Below are positions 27,288 through 38,060 of a DNA stretch of 64,000 bases, in pieces (within the stretch, counting starts at the first letter, position 1; every line of letters begins with the position of its first letter). Origin of the DNA: Candidatus Poribacteria bacterium (GTDB lineage Bacteria > Poribacteria > WGA-4E > PCPOR2b); the NCBI GenBank assembly GCA_965222435.1, contig OZ244950.1:6688785-6752784 (forward strand), in the 5' to 3' direction. The translations under genes and the position numbers were made by a program. The notes beneath the pieces are model-generated. The model was not told the DNA's origin. It saw only the letters and a program-made list of their open reading frames with translations, and made no database searches.

Positions 27288-29924
27288 CTAGGACTCATCA
27301 GCGATGGCAGCTTGCGCCGCAGCGAGTCGGGCAACCGGCACACGGAACGGAGAACAGGAAACATAGTCCAAACCTGAGTCGTGGCAGAAGATAACGGAAC
27401 TCGGCTCACCACCGTGTTCACCGCAGATACCGACTTTAAGATCTGCGCGAGTTTCGCGTCCTCTGTTTGTGCCGATCTGTACCAACTGACCGACACCGCT
27501 TTGATCCAGCACTTGGAATGGGTCATGTTCAAGGATGCCGCCATCCACATAGTCGCCCAAGAATTTGCCGGCATCATCGCGGCTCATCCCGAAGGTGGTC
27601 TGCGTAAGATCGTTCGTCCCGAAGGAGAAAAAATCCGCCTCCTGCGCGATTTCATTCGCGGTGAGTGCGGCTCTCGGCAATTCGATCATCGTCCCGACAA
27701 GGTATTCGACCTCAGTGCCAGTCTCCTCAAACACCTTCTTCGCAGCATCAACGACCACCTCACGCTGCAGCGCTAGCTCCTGCACATGCCCAACTAGGGG
27801 GATCATAATCTCAGGGATCGCCTTAACGCCGCGTTTGGTGACCTCGACAGCCGCCTCAAAGATTGCCCGCGCTTGCATCTCCGTGATTTCCGGATAGATA
27901 ATACCGAGACGACATCCACGGTGCCCCAGCATCGGGTTAAATTCGTGCAACGCTTCCCTTTGCTGGTACAATGTCTCAGCGGGAACACCGATTTTATCCG
28001 CAAGCTCCTGGACATCCTCATCGGTATGGGGCAGGAACTCATGGAGCGGTGGATCGAGTGTCCGAATGGTGACAGGGTAGCCGTCCATCGCTTCAAAGAT
28101 GCCGACGAAGTCCTCACGTTGGTAAGGAAGTAGCTTGTCGAGTGCTGCCTTGCGTCCTACCTCATCCTTTGCGAGAATCATCTCACGGACAGCATCAATC
28201 CGCTCTCCTTCAAAGAACATGTGCTCGGTACGGCAGAGACCGATCCCCTCCGCGCCGAACTCTCTCGCGGTACTTGAGTCGCTTGGGGTATCTGCGTTTG
28301 TGCGGACCCCAAGTTTACGGAACTCATCCGCCCATTCCATGAGTGTGCCAAAGTCACCACTCAGTTCAGGGTCAATCAACTGAACAGCTCCCTCAATCAC
28401 CTCGCCGGTGGAGCCGTTGAGCGTGATGTAGTCTCCCTCTGTCAGCCGAAGTCCGCCAGCCTGAAACTCCTTCGATGCTTCATTGACGATGATATTACTG
28501 CACCCTGCAACGCAGCATTTTCCCATACCCCTCGCGACAACCGCAGCGTGTGAAGTCATCCCGCCACGCGCCGTTAAAATGCCTTCTGCGGCGTGCATTC
28601 CGCCGATATCCTCTGGAGATGTTTCAGTGCGGACCAGAATCACCTTTTCACCGTCAGCCGCGAGTTCTTCGGCACGATCCGCTGTGAAGACCACTTTACC
28701 CACAGCAGCGCCGGGTGAGGCAGGTAGCCCCTTTGCAATCGACTCCACCGCTACCGCAGGATCGATCATCGGGTGGAGGAGTTGCTCCAGATCGTCCGGT
28801 GGGATGCGGGTCAGAGCGGTTGCTTTGTCAATGAGACCTTCGCTTACCATTTCAACAGCAGTGCGCACGGCAGCCGCACCGGTCCGTTTGCCGCTACGGG
28901 TTTGGAGCATATAAAGATGCCTGTCCTGAATCGTGAACTCGACATCCTGCATATCGCGGTAATGCGCCTCTAGGGTGTCCCCAATCCCCGTCAACTGTTC
29001 ATAGGCTGCCGGCATGACCCCCTGAAGTTCATCGATGGGGAGTGGTGTACGAATCCCCGCCACAACATCTTCGCCTTGGGCATTCATCAGAAATTCGCCG
29101 TAAAACGAGTTCTCGCCGGTTGAGGGATCTCGTGTGAACGCGACTCCGGTTCCCGACGTTTCGCCCATATTCCCAAAAACCATGGCTTGGACGTTGACCG
29201 CCGTCCGTCCGAGTTCTTCAGAGATGTTGTTCAATCGACGGTAGATGGTCGCCCGTTCATTGTTTGACGATTCAAAGACCGCGTCACGCGCCATGTCGAG
29301 CTGTCGCCGCGGTTCATCGGGGAAATTTGCTCCCGTTTCCTCTTTGACGAGTGTTTTGAACTCGGAAACCAACTCTGCCAGATCGTTCGCATCTAAGTCC
29401 GTATCAAGCGTGACGCCTTTGGCTGCTTTCTTCGCTTCCAAGAGATGCTCAAACGCCTCGTGTTCGACACCAAGCACGACATCGCCAAACATCTGCACAA
29501 ATCGGCGATAGGCGTCGTAGGCGAAACGTTCGTTCCCAGATTTTGCAGTCAGTCCCTTGACCGCATCGTCGTTCAAGCCGAGGTTGAGGATGGTGTCCAT
29601 CATACCGGGCATCGAAACCGCAGCTCCGGATCTAACAGAAACGAGCAGTGGATTTTCGGTGTCACCGAACCTTGCATCCATCGCGGCTTCTAGCTTTCGC
29701 AGATTCTCATCAATCTGTTCGTCAAGTCCATCGGGATATTGGTTACTGTTTTCATAGTATAGCTTACCAACTTCCGTCGATATTGTGAAACCGGGCGGAA
29801 CCGGAATGCCTAAACTGGTCATTTCGGCGAGGTTGGCACCCTTACCACCGAGCAGGCTTCTCATCTCCGCGCTGCCGTCGGTTTGATCGCCGCCAAAGAA
29901 GTAAACGTGTTTATCTTGAGCCAT
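27288..29924 (-). CDS. ppdK: Pyruvate, phosphate dikinase
   Basis: '[12 protein letters not shown]', '[14 protein letters not shown]', '[13 protein letters not shown]', '[11 protein letters not shown]', 'SFGTNDLTQ', 'GICGEHGG'. Confidence 0.98.
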   Translation of the reverse strand: MAQDKHVYFFGGDQTDGSAEMRSLLGGKGANLAEMTSLGIPVPPGFTISTEVGKLYYENSNQYPDGLDEQIDENLRKLEAAMDARFGDTENPLLVSVRSGAAVSMPGMMDTILNLGLNDDAVKGLTAKSGNERFAYDAYRRFVQMFGDVVLGVEHEAFEHLLEAKKAAKGVTLDTDLDANDLAELVSEFKTLVKEETGANFPDEPRRQLDMARDAVFESSNNERATIYRRLNNISEELGRTAVNVQAMVFGNMGETSGTGVAFTRDPSTGENSFYGEFLMNAQGEDVVAGIRTPLPIDELQGVMPAAYEQLTGIGDTLEAHYRDMQDVEFTIQDRHLYMLQTRSGKRTGAAAVRTAVEMVSEGLIDKATALTRIPPDDLEQLLHPMIDPAVAVESIAKGLPASPGAAVGKVVFTADRAEELAADGEKVILVRTETSPEDIGGMHAAEGILTARGGMTSHAAVVARGMGKCCVAGCSNIIVNEASKEFQAGGLRLTEGDYITLNGSTGEVIEGAVQLIDPELSGDFGTLMEWADEFRKLGVRTNADTPSDSSTAREFGAEGIGLCRTEHMFFEGERIDAVREMILAKDEVGRKAALDKLLPYQREDFVGIFEAMDGYPVTIRTLDPPLHEFLPHTDEDVQELADKIGVPAETLYQQREALHEFNPMLGHRGCRLGIIYPEITEMQARAIFEAAVEVTKRGVKAIPEIMIPLVGHVQELALQREVVVDAAKKVFEETGTEVEYLVGTMIELPRAALTANEIAQEADFFSFGTNDLTQTTFGMSRDDAGKFLGDYVDGGILEHDPFQVLDQSGVGQLVQIGTNRGRETRADLKVGICGEHGGEPSSVIFCHDSGLDYVSCSPFRVPVARLAAAQAAIADES

Positions 29925-30138
29925 TCAAGACCTCCTTAAAAGAATAATGCGTAACGAGTAATACGTAAGAGACTATTTATACAACCATGGTCACTTCGTC
30001 CTCAGGATTATCATTTCCTCAACAATGCGATTACACAAGAGATTGAACAAAGAAAATCCCTCCACGAAGGGAGGGATACTTGTAAATGAACCTACCTGCA
30101 CATCAGCTAGGCGAACCACTGCTGTGATACCGAAAGGG

Positions 30139-30608
30139 CTAGTTATTCTCAGCACCTTCATTGATCCAATCAATGATGAGTTGAATCTGGGCTGCATCCA
30201 AGGGTTCGATAGGAGGAGGGGGCATTCTACCTTGGACAATCTGTTTTACGACTTCGCTTTCTCTTACATCGCCTGCAATAACGATAGCCCCATTGTCCCC
30301 TCCCGCACTGAGGGTGTCATACGTGCGGAGATCAACGCCGTGTGGTCCCCCAGCGACATGGCAACCTGAAATGGCACATCGGTTTGTCAGGATAGGCGAA
30401 ATATCAGCACTAAAAGAGGGGATCGGTCTGCCAGCAGCCACCGGGTCGTCAAATACCAATCCGAGATTAGTGGCAGCATCATCAAATTCGTTGCCCTCCT
30501 CGGCATGCACGTGGTCATGACCATCGTCTGTTGCTGTATCATCACCTCCGCAGCCAAACTCAGTCCAATGATGAGTAGCAACACCATTCCTACGTTTAAC
30601 TGCTTCAT
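30139..30608 (-). pseudogene. Planctomycete-type cytochrome c lipoprotein, frameshifted in the signal peptide
   Basis: ATG 30608 gives MKQLNVGMVLLLIIGL; a missing base near 30559 shifts the frame before FGCGG; downstream 'CAISGCH' and 'RMPP...I.LI.DWINEGA'; could be a sequencing error. Confidence 0.65.
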
Positions 30609-30657
30609 ATTCCACTTGCCAGAGGGTTGTATAGACAGGCAGCCTTTTTTATACGGT

Positions 30658-31068
30658 TTAATTATTCTTGGCGCCCTCATTAATCCAATCAATGATAAGT
30701 TGGATCTGGGCTGCATCCAAAGGCGGTCCTTCAGGGGGCATCTTGCCCTCCGCAATCTCTTCCACCATTTCGCTCTCCATTGCATCGCCTGCAATAACGA
30801 TAGCCCCTTCGTCTCCACCCTTTATGACGCTGTCATAGGTGCGGAGATCAATATCATGAGGACCATCAACGACATGGCACTTTGCAATGGCACATCGGTT
30901 TGCCAGGATGGGGGCAATATCAGCGTTAAAAGAGGGACTTGGTCTGCCAGCATCCACAGGATTGTCAAATACCAAGCCGAGTTCCTTGATAGCACTTCCA
31001 CATCCAAACATGAGTCCAGCGATGAGTACAAACACTGTTCCTATTTTTACTGTATACCTAGGCGTCAT
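30658..31068 (-). CDS. Planctomycete-type cytochrome c lipoprotein
   Basis: Lipobox 'MFGC'; 'SFNADIAPILANRCAIAKCH', 'KMPPEGPPL...IQLIIDWINEGAKNN'. Confidence 0.8.
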   Translation of the reverse strand: MTPRYTVKIGTVFVLIAGLMFGCGSAIKELGLVFDNPVDAGRPSPSFNADIAPILANRCAIAKCHVVDGPHDIDLRTYDSVIKGGDEGAIVIAGDAMESEMVEEIAEGKMPPEGPPLDAAQIQLIIDWINEGAKNN

Positions 31069-31240
31069 TTTCTTACCTCCATAGCGAGAAAGCTTTTAAC
31101 AACAGGCGGCATCATAACGAATGTAACAGTTTGCCAGCGCATCTGAGGAAAACTTATTAGGGTAGGTTATAATCCTTCTGTAGGCTGACATCACTTCTTT
31201 TGGGTGGCGGTGGCAATCGGTTATGAAGTCGAATCTCACA

Positions 31241-32599
31241 CTAAATCGAATAAATCATCCGGCTGGCTTCTTCATATTCGGCTTGTAGGGGATCCGTGGA
31301 GAGGAAGAGTTTTTGGTAGGGTTCGTAAAGCTGGATATAGCTCCAATTAACACCGCACAGAATCTTTCGCTCATTTGCCAGCTTTACAAAACGACCGCGA
31401 AACTTTGCACGGGTGGTTTCCGGTGGGTGGTGCATCGCATGCTCAATCGCGTCATCGCTGACAATTCGTTCAACGTGCCCCTCTTTTTCGAGCTTGTAAT
31501 ACAATCCTAACTCCGGTCGAATATTGTGGTACTGTAAGTCAAGCATCAGAACCTTGGCGGAGTTCCACTTGAGTTGTCGACTCGCCACATAGGTTTCAAT
31601 CAATTTCTTCTTGATGACCCAATCGAGCTCTCGGTCAAGCTGCATCGGATCGGTTTCCAAACAGGTCAGCACATATTCCCACCGCGCCATAATCTGATCG
31701 GTGACTGGATCCGATTCTGCCTGCTCGAAATACTGTTTGGCGCATTCAAGGTATTCCCACTGCATCTCGACGCCTGAAAGCCGTTTACCGTTTTCTAATT
31801 CGATTTTACGGGTGCAGGTGATATCCTCTGAAATCTGCTGAATCGCCCGGACGGAATCGCGTAACGCAAGACGCTGCTTGATAAAGTTATCCTCGATCAT
31901 CCGCAAGATGATTGCCGTCGTACCGATCTTGAGGTAGGTAGCGAACTCCGACATATTGGAGTCACCGACGATTACGTGCAGTCGCCGATACTTTTCTCGG
32001 TCCGCATGCGGCTCGTCACGCGTGTTGATGATGCCCCGTGCCGTTGTCGTTGCAATTGAGATTTCTTCACGGATATGTTGCGCCCGTTGGGAGATTGCGT
32101 ATCCGCCCCGGTTGGTGGATTTGACTTTTCCTGCCCCGGCGAAAACTTGGCGCGTCACAAAGAAGGGAATGAGTTGCGAAGCGAGTTGGCGAAAGCTTAC
32201 ACGGCGATCCATCAGATAGTTCTCATGACAGCCGTATGTGTTGCCGGGCGTATCGGTATTATTCTTGAAAACCGAAATCCGTCCAAGAAATCCGTCGGCT
32301 TGCATTTTCCGCTCTGCCGCAACAGAAAGTCGATCAATAATCCGCTCGCCGGCTTTATCGTGGCTAACGAGGTCGCTCACGTTATCACATTCGGGCGTTG
32401 CATATTCGGGGTGGCAACCGATGTCCTGATAAAATCGAGCACCGTTCTCCAGAAAAACATCTGGATACATCCGTCCGGAAATAATCTCCCGAAAAAGATA
32501 CATTACTGCATTTTGGATCGACAACGCTTTACCACCGCGCCGATCCGACGTGCAGATGATCCCATATTCGTTTTCTAGACCATAGATCCTTCGGTTCAT
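31241..32599 (-). CDS. pafA: Pup--protein ligase
   Basis: 'RRIYGLENEYG', 'FLENGARFYQDIGCHPEYATPEC', 'GCHENYL', 'INTRDEPHAD..KYRRLHVIVGDSNMSE'. Confidence 0.93.
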   Translation of the reverse strand: MNRRIYGLENEYGIICTSDRRGGKALSIQNAVMYLFREIISGRMYPDVFLENGARFYQDIGCHPEYATPECDNVSDLVSHDKAGERIIDRLSVAAERKMQADGFLGRISVFKNNTDTPGNTYGCHENYLMDRRVSFRQLASQLIPFFVTRQVFAGAGKVKSTNRGGYAISQRAQHIREEISIATTTARGIINTRDEPHADREKYRRLHVIVGDSNMSEFATYLKIGTTAIILRMIEDNFIKQRLALRDSVRAIQQISEDITCTRKIELENGKRLSGVEMQWEYLECAKQYFEQAESDPVTDQIMARWEYVLTCLETDPMQLDRELDWVIKKKLIETYVASRQLKWNSAKVLMLDLQYHNIRPELGLYYKLEKEGHVERIVSDDAIEHAMHHPPETTRAKFRGRFVKLANERKILCGVNWSYIQLYEPYQKLFLSTDPLQAEYEEASRMIYSI

Positions 32600-33306
32600 G
32601 CGCTCAAGATCTCACTCAGTTCATCGGGGAGCAAACGTCTAAATTTGCGCCGATTTCGAGTTTCGTCGAGTACGGCTGCTTCTATTGTCTCAGCCGTCAC
32701 TTGGTATCGCTCTGCTTCGTCGACCTCTGCTTCGATCGTTTCAAAGGTCCTTGCTGCGAGTCTCACAGCACCGTTCAAATCCAAATCGTCGCTATACTGA
32801 TTTTCAAGGATGCCTGCGATTTCGTCTGCCCTCCCGCCGATGACGGTATATTCACTGTCTTCCCAGAACGTACCATCAAAAGACAGATGATAGATTCTGT
32901 TGTTCGACGAAGAGTCTTCGCGGATCTCACATAGGAGAATTTCCACTTCAAGCGGCTTCGCATCAGGTTGCCTATATATTGCACCAATCTGCTGCGAATA
33001 CTGATTTGCGAGCCATCGCGCCGTAACATCTTCACGGTTGAAAGTAAACCCTTTGATTTCGGCACCTTGAATCCCGGCATATCGTAGGGCTTCGTAGTCA
33101 GGATAAAGTCCAGTCGCTGCAAGTGCGATCCGATCATAGATTTCCGAGATCTTAAAGACCGTCGCCAACGGATTTTCTGCGACCATCAGAATACCATAAC
33201 GGTATTCTAGAACAATAACCTCTTTTGCCTTCTCGATCCCCTTCCGAGCAAAATCCTCTTTTTCCTGCATGATTTGCTCAGGCGACACGTAATACGGTGC
33301 GGGCAT
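32596..33306 (-). CDS. prcA: 20S proteasome alpha subunit
   Basis: 'PYYVSPEQIM..K..FARKGI', 'KISEIYDRIA', 'KPLEVEILL', 'IEAAVLD..R.RRKFRR'. Confidence 0.93.
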   Translation of the reverse strand: MPAPYYVSPEQIMQEKEDFARKGIEKAKEVIVLEYRYGILMVAENPLATVFKISEIYDRIALAATGLYPDYEALRYAGIQGAEIKGFTFNREDVTARWLANQYSQQIGAIYRQPDAKPLEVEILLCEIREDSSSNNRIYHLSFDGTFWEDSEYTVIGGRADEIAGILENQYSDDLDLNGAVRLAARTFETIEAEVDEAERYQVTAETIEAAVLDETRNRRKFRRLLPDELSEILSA

Positions 33307-33368
33307 CTACTCCCCCCTCAAATTGCAGATGTCGTTATCAGTAACCCTCAAAGCTGCTTCATCGGGAT

Positions 33369-34223
33369 TCAATTGCGGAGTCTGTCAAGTAGCTCGGTGT
33401 AGAGTTCCTTGACATCTGCATCCGGTATATCTGAGATTCCCGTTGAATCAATAACCTTAATTGTTGGGAATATCTCCCGAATAAAATCCGGCCCCCCTGT
33501 AGCCACATCTTCATCGGCAGCATCCCAGAGCGCCTCGGCAACTAACCGCAAGGCACCATCGCGGGATATATCGGGGCTATACAACTTTTTCAGTGTCGCT
33601 TGTGCATCCTTACCGCCGGATCCGGTTGCATAGTATTCGCTTTCTTCGTATTGCCCCCCTATTGCGTCGTATTTGAAGATCTTTGCCTGTTTTCGTTTGA
33701 AGTCATAGCCCACGAAAATTGGAACAACCACCAATCCTTGCATCGCCATAGGCAAGTTGGATTTGACCATGTTTGACAGCGAATTGGCTTTGCCATCTAG
33801 GCTTAACGGCGAGCCTTCTATCTTTTCATAGAATTCCACCTGGACCTGGAAAAGCTTTGCCATTTCCATCGCTGGTCCGGCGACACCTGCAATAGCAATA
33901 GCCGAATAGGTATCTACCTCATAGACTTTCTGGATACGCCGTTCCCCCACTTGAAATCCCGCCGTTGCCTGACGGTCCCCGGCGATGATAACCCCCTCGT
34001 TATAAACAGTAGCTAATATAGTTGTGCCTTCAAGCAGGTTATCATAAAGATTCATCAAACTGGGAGTTGACACGCGTTGTCCTTTCCAGCTTGCAGCGGG
34101 TGAGTCTGGCAGGGGCGTTGTACCAAAAGCCCCTGTACCAAACCTTGATAGAAGCTCCGGGCGTTCCCTTTGCAGCATCTCAAGGAAATCGGAGGTTCTA
34201 TGATCGGAGCCGCTAAAGACCAC
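33369..34223 (-). CDS. prcB: 20S proteasome beta subunit
   Basis: Propeptide then 'EG|TTILA....GVIIAGDRQAT.G', 'ATGSGG', 'DAADEDVATGGPD'. Confidence 0.95.
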   Translation of the reverse strand: MVFSGSDHRTSDFLEMLQRERPELLSRFGTGAFGTTPLPDSPAASWKGQRVSTPSLMNLYDNLLEGTTILATVYNEGVIIAGDRQATAGFQVGERRIQKVYEVDTYSAIAIAGVAGPAMEMAKLFQVQVEFYEKIEGSPLSLDGKANSLSNMVKSNLPMAMQGLVVVPIFVGYDFKRKQAKIFKYDAIGGQYEESEYYATGSGGKDAQATLKKLYSPDISRDGALRLVAEALWDAADEDVATGGPDFIREIFPTIKVIDSTGISDIPDADVKELYTELLDRLRN

Positions 34224-34420
34224 TACTCTCCTCCTCGTTGGATGTAATTCTCGACAAATTCTTCTGAGTCTTCTTCCAAGATTTCGTCGATTTCATCAAG
34301 GATTTGATCGAGATCTTCTTTAATCTCTTCACCTTGCTCTACCACTTCTTGATCCGGTTGAACTTCCTCAGTATCCTGAGTCCGTTTGTCTCTTTGTTCC
34401 TGTTGCTTTTCGGCTGGCAT
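34223..34420 (-). CDS. pup: Prokaryotic ubiquitin-like protein Pup
   Basis: 65 aa, acidic, 'LDQILDEIDEILEEDSEEFVENYIQRGGE'; lies between dop and prcB. Confidence 0.93.
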   Translation of the reverse strand: MPAEKQQEQRDKRTQDTEEVQPDQEVVEQGEEIKEDLDQILDEIDEILEEDSEEFVENYIQRGGE

Positions 34421-34435
34421 GTTGCTTCCCTCCTT

Positions 34436-35926
34436 CTAATGGTTGGATGTGAGAATGGCTTGAACCAGTTCTGCAGCCGTGCAGTCTCTCAACAGATCGC
34501 CAGTCATCTCCTGCGTTCCGAAGTGCGGACGATCCATTAAGATTTTATCTAAAGAAGAGTCGTCAGTACAAAAAATCATTGAATTCCAGCTCGCGCTGTG
34601 AATCTCGTTGGGATATTTTTGTAAACACATACCACGAAAATAGGCACGTGTATCAACAGGTGGATTGTTAATCGCTTGAACAATCTCCTCATGTTTGAGG
34701 AGTCGTTCAACACGTCCATTTTTCAACAACCTCGCGTAAAGTCCCTTATTCGGGCGGATGTCGTGATATTGCAAGTCTAACATCCGAGCTTGGTGATCTG
34801 AATGAGCTAAATTGTGGCGTCGCAGGTACGCATCAATCAGCCGTTTCTTAATCACCCAATCGAGGTGTCGATCCAGGCTCATCGGATCCTCGTCGAGACG
34901 GTCGAGAACAAATTCCCATGTCTTCATCACATCGCGCACTACCTCAGACAAATCTTCTGTAGGAATATGCTTGTGAGCTAGCTCAAGATATTCGCGCTGA
35001 ACCTCAATGGGTGTCCATTTCCGACCATCCTCTAAAACCACAGGTTCTTTACAGGAAAGATCGCGTGATACCGTCTTGATCGCCAAAACAGGGTCAGAGA
35101 GTCTGAACTGATCCCCTACAACACCGTGCTCGATGAGCTGCAGCACAACCGCCGTAATTCCCATCTTCAAATAGATGGAAAATTCAGACATGTTGGAATC
35201 GCCGACGATCACGTGCAACCGACGGTATAACATCTCATCAGCGTGCGGCTCATCCCGCGTATTGATAATTGGACGCGCCACCATTGTGCTCAATCCGACT
35301 TCAGTCTCAAAAAAATCTGCACGCTGGGAGATTTGATAATCTGTTTCCGCTGCGCCATTTTCAGCACCAACCTTACCACTCCCTGTGATAGGCTGCCGCG
35401 TCACGAGAAAAGGCGTTAATCCATCAACGATATCTTGGAAGGGGACATTCCGCGACATCAGATAATTTTCGTGGGCACCGTAGCTGTGACCTTTATAATC
35501 GCTGTTGTTCTTATAGATAAGAATCTCTTGATTTGTGGGCAACAGCTCTTGGGCAGCCAGACGGCTCAAATCTAATATCAGTTCCCCCGCCTTCTCATAT
35601 TTGACCAGATCGCGCGCATTAGTACATTCTGGGGTACAATACTCTGGGTGTGCGTGATCGACATAGTACCGTCCGCCATTGGCGAGGACATCGTTGATGA
35701 GACTATTATTCTCCTGATCTGGGATGTCCGTTTCCCCTTCAGAAACGAATCCCCTAGCATCCATCAACGGACTTTCCTGATCATAGTCCCAAATGATCCC
35801 CTTGATTCCACGGTCTTTATAGATATTGACGACAAGCGTTGATGCCGCAACCGGATCCGGATCTCGTGCATTTTTGACCGAGATGCCATATTCGGTTTCG
35901 GTCCCCATAATCGTTGGTACGGTCAT
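34436..35926 (-). CDS. dop: Pup deamidase/depupylase
   Basis: 'IMGTETEYGI', 'WDY..ESPL.DARGF', 'NGGRYYVDHAHPEY', 'YQISQRADFFE.EVGL'. Confidence 0.93.
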   Translation of the reverse strand: MTVPTIMGTETEYGISVKNARDPDPVAASTLVVNIYKDRGIKGIIWDYDQESPLMDARGFVSEGETDIPDQENNSLINDVLANGGRYYVDHAHPEYCTPECTNARDLVKYEKAGELILDLSRLAAQELLPTNQEILIYKNNSDYKGHSYGAHENYLMSRNVPFQDIVDGLTPFLVTRQPITGSGKVGAENGAAETDYQISQRADFFETEVGLSTMVARPIINTRDEPHADEMLYRRLHVIVGDSNMSEFSIYLKMGITAVVLQLIEHGVVGDQFRLSDPVLAIKTVSRDLSCKEPVVLEDGRKWTPIEVQREYLELAHKHIPTEDLSEVVRDVMKTWEFVLDRLDEDPMSLDRHLDWVIKKRLIDAYLRRHNLAHSDHQARMLDLQYHDIRPNKGLYARLLKNGRVERLLKHEEIVQAINNPPVDTRAYFRGMCLQKYPNEIHSASWNSMIFCTDDSSLDKILMDRPHFGTQEMTGDLLRDCTAAELVQAILTSNH

Positions 35927-35934
35927 AATCTGTC

Positions 35935-37758
35935 TTAGAGGTAAGCGCCACCTTTGACGGTTTTCACATCCCGTCTTTTCGGCTCTTGCTCGTGGGTCAA
36001 CGCCTTAATGTTGACGATTCGATCACCTTTCCGTCCCGATATTTTCGCCCAATCGTCGGGATTGGTGGTGTTAGGCAGATCTTCGTTCTCTTTATATTCT
36101 TCTTGGATCGCCATATCAAGGTCATCAAAGGTAATGCCCTTCTCTTTCCCTTCAGAATCAATCAGTCGTTTGATTGCCATCTTCTTGACACGATCAACAA
36201 TGTTTTCAATCATCGCACCACTTGCAAAATCCTTGAAGTAAAGGGTCTCACGTTCCCCACGATTGTAAGTAACCTCGATAAATTTGTTTTCATCGGTGGT
36301 CGCATACATCCTCTCAATCGCCCGTTCCACGAGAGACTCAGCCGCTTTTTCTCGATCGCCATCAAACTGTTCCAACACTGAAGAGGCAATCGGCAGGCCA
36401 GGTGTCAGGTATATGGCAAAAATGTCCTTGGCACCGTCAGCTTCGGGGCGATCGATCTTGATCTTGATGTCCAACCGACCGGGACGCAAAACGGCGGGAT
36501 CTAGGAGATCTTGGCGGTTGCTTGCACCAATCACAACCACATCTCTGAGCCCTTCGACACCGTCGATCTCAGCGAGGAATTGGGGCACAACTGTTGACTC
36601 CATATCGGACGAAATGCCCATGCCTCTGGATCGGAAAAGCGAGTCCATCTCATCAAAGAAGATAATGACAGGAACCCCTTCTTTGGATTTGTCTTTGGCT
36701 TTCTGGAAGACTTCTCGAATCTTTCGCTCCGTTTCGCCAACATACTTATTGAGTAGCTCTGGGCCCTTGATATTGATAAAATAACTTTCAACATCATCTC
36801 TACCTGTCTGTTCTCTGACCCTAGCAGCCAAACTGTTGGCGACTGCCTTGGCGATTAACGTTTTTCCACAGCCGGGGGGACCGTAGAGCAGCACACCTTT
36901 CGGAGGCTTTAACTGGAACTCTTTGTATTCATTAGGATAGAGATAAGGCGTTTCAATAGCGTCCCGAATCGCCTCAATCTGTTCATTCAACCCACCAATA
37001 TCCGAGTATTTGATGTCTGGCACTTCTTCGAGTAGCAGGTCTTCAACTTCAAGTTTGGGTAGTTTCTCCATAACCATCCCGGTAATCGGGTTCAACATAA
37101 CATTATCCCCAAACTTAAGTTCCTCCTCCTTACTGATCGGATCTGATATTTCCACAACCCGTTCTTCATCGGCGCGTAGATTCACAAGCACACGGTTATC
37201 GCCAAGCATCTCCTTGACCTTGACCACTTCACCTTGCCGCTCGAATTCCCTAACACTCACAACATTCATCACACCGTTGACGATGACCTCTTGACCTTTT
37301 TGGAGCTGATCGGTGTCAATCTCCGGATCCGCATTGACGCGCCACCGTTTGCCCCCAAGGTCAATGTCAAGAGTGCCGTCATCGTTTGATTGAAGGTAAA
37401 CGCCGTAGTTATTCGGTGGGGCACTGAGTTGTTCAACCTTCTCCTTCAACTGCTCTAACTTCTCTTTCGCTTCTTGAAGGGTGCTGGTCAACTTCCGATT
37501 CCTACGGTGTGCGTGCATTAAGTCGCGGGTCATTTCGTAGAGGCGAACTTCAACATCGTCGGAAGGTGCAGCGTTTAAGCGCCTTCTCAAATCATCAATT
37601 TCGCTCTCCAACGACTCGATAGTGAATGTTAGCTCGCGAATCTTTCTCTCGTAAGAAATCCGCTCGGAGGAGGGTGCAGATAGATTCTCCTGATCCTGCA
37701 CTTCTTCAAAGGAACTTCCTGAATCTGTCTTTTCGGATGGATTCTTGATGGTAGCCAT
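35935..37758 (-). CDS. arc: Proteasome-associated AAA ATPase (ARC/Mpa)
   Basis: N-terminal coiled coil, OB domains, 'GPPGCGKT', 'NIKGPELLNKYVGETER', 'FFDEMD', 'EDLPNTTNPDDWA.ISG', C-terminal GAYL. Confidence 0.95.
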   Translation of the reverse strand: MATIKNPSEKTDSGSSFEEVQDQENLSAPSSERISYERKIRELTFTIESLESEIDDLRRRLNAAPSDDVEVRLYEMTRDLMHAHRRNRKLTSTLQEAKEKLEQLKEKVEQLSAPPNNYGVYLQSNDDGTLDIDLGGKRWRVNADPEIDTDQLQKGQEVIVNGVMNVVSVREFERQGEVVKVKEMLGDNRVLVNLRADEERVVEISDPISKEEELKFGDNVMLNPITGMVMEKLPKLEVEDLLLEEVPDIKYSDIGGLNEQIEAIRDAIETPYLYPNEYKEFQLKPPKGVLLYGPPGCGKTLIAKAVANSLAARVREQTGRDDVESYFINIKGPELLNKYVGETERKIREVFQKAKDKSKEGVPVIIFFDEMDSLFRSRGMGISSDMESTVVPQFLAEIDGVEGLRDVVVIGASNRQDLLDPAVLRPGRLDIKIKIDRPEADGAKDIFAIYLTPGLPIASSVLEQFDGDREKAAESLVERAIERMYATTDENKFIEVTYNRGERETLYFKDFASGAMIENIVDRVKKMAIKRLIDSEGKEKGITFDDLDMAIQEEYKENEDLPNTTNPDDWAKISGRKGDRIVNIKALTHEQEPKRRDVKTVKGGAYL

Positions 37759-37973
37759 AGTAACCTTACCTCGGTATATATCTTTAGAATTACGGGATGG
37801 TTCCTATCAATATACTGGTGAGAAATAGTACACCATCTCGTCTTATTATTTCCCAAAGGATTTTACTTCTAAGATCTGAATCTGTAACCGATAATTCCTC
37901 CGGGTTTTGAGTCAATCAACTTCTATCACAATCTCGCTCCCGGGCGTCACCATACTGCTCAAGAATAGGGTAG

Positions 37974-38002
37974 ATTATAGCATTCGGCTATAAGGGTGTC
38001 AA
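37974..38002 (-). promoter_or_regulatory. Consensus sigma70 promoter of the Pup-proteasome operon
   Basis: Minus strand TTGACA-17 nt-TATAAT, about 215 nt upstream of arc. Confidence 0.8.
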
Positions 38003-38060
38003 GTAAAATACTGCCATATCAAGGTCAAACGTGAGTTCAAGCCTTTATTAGACCTGAATC

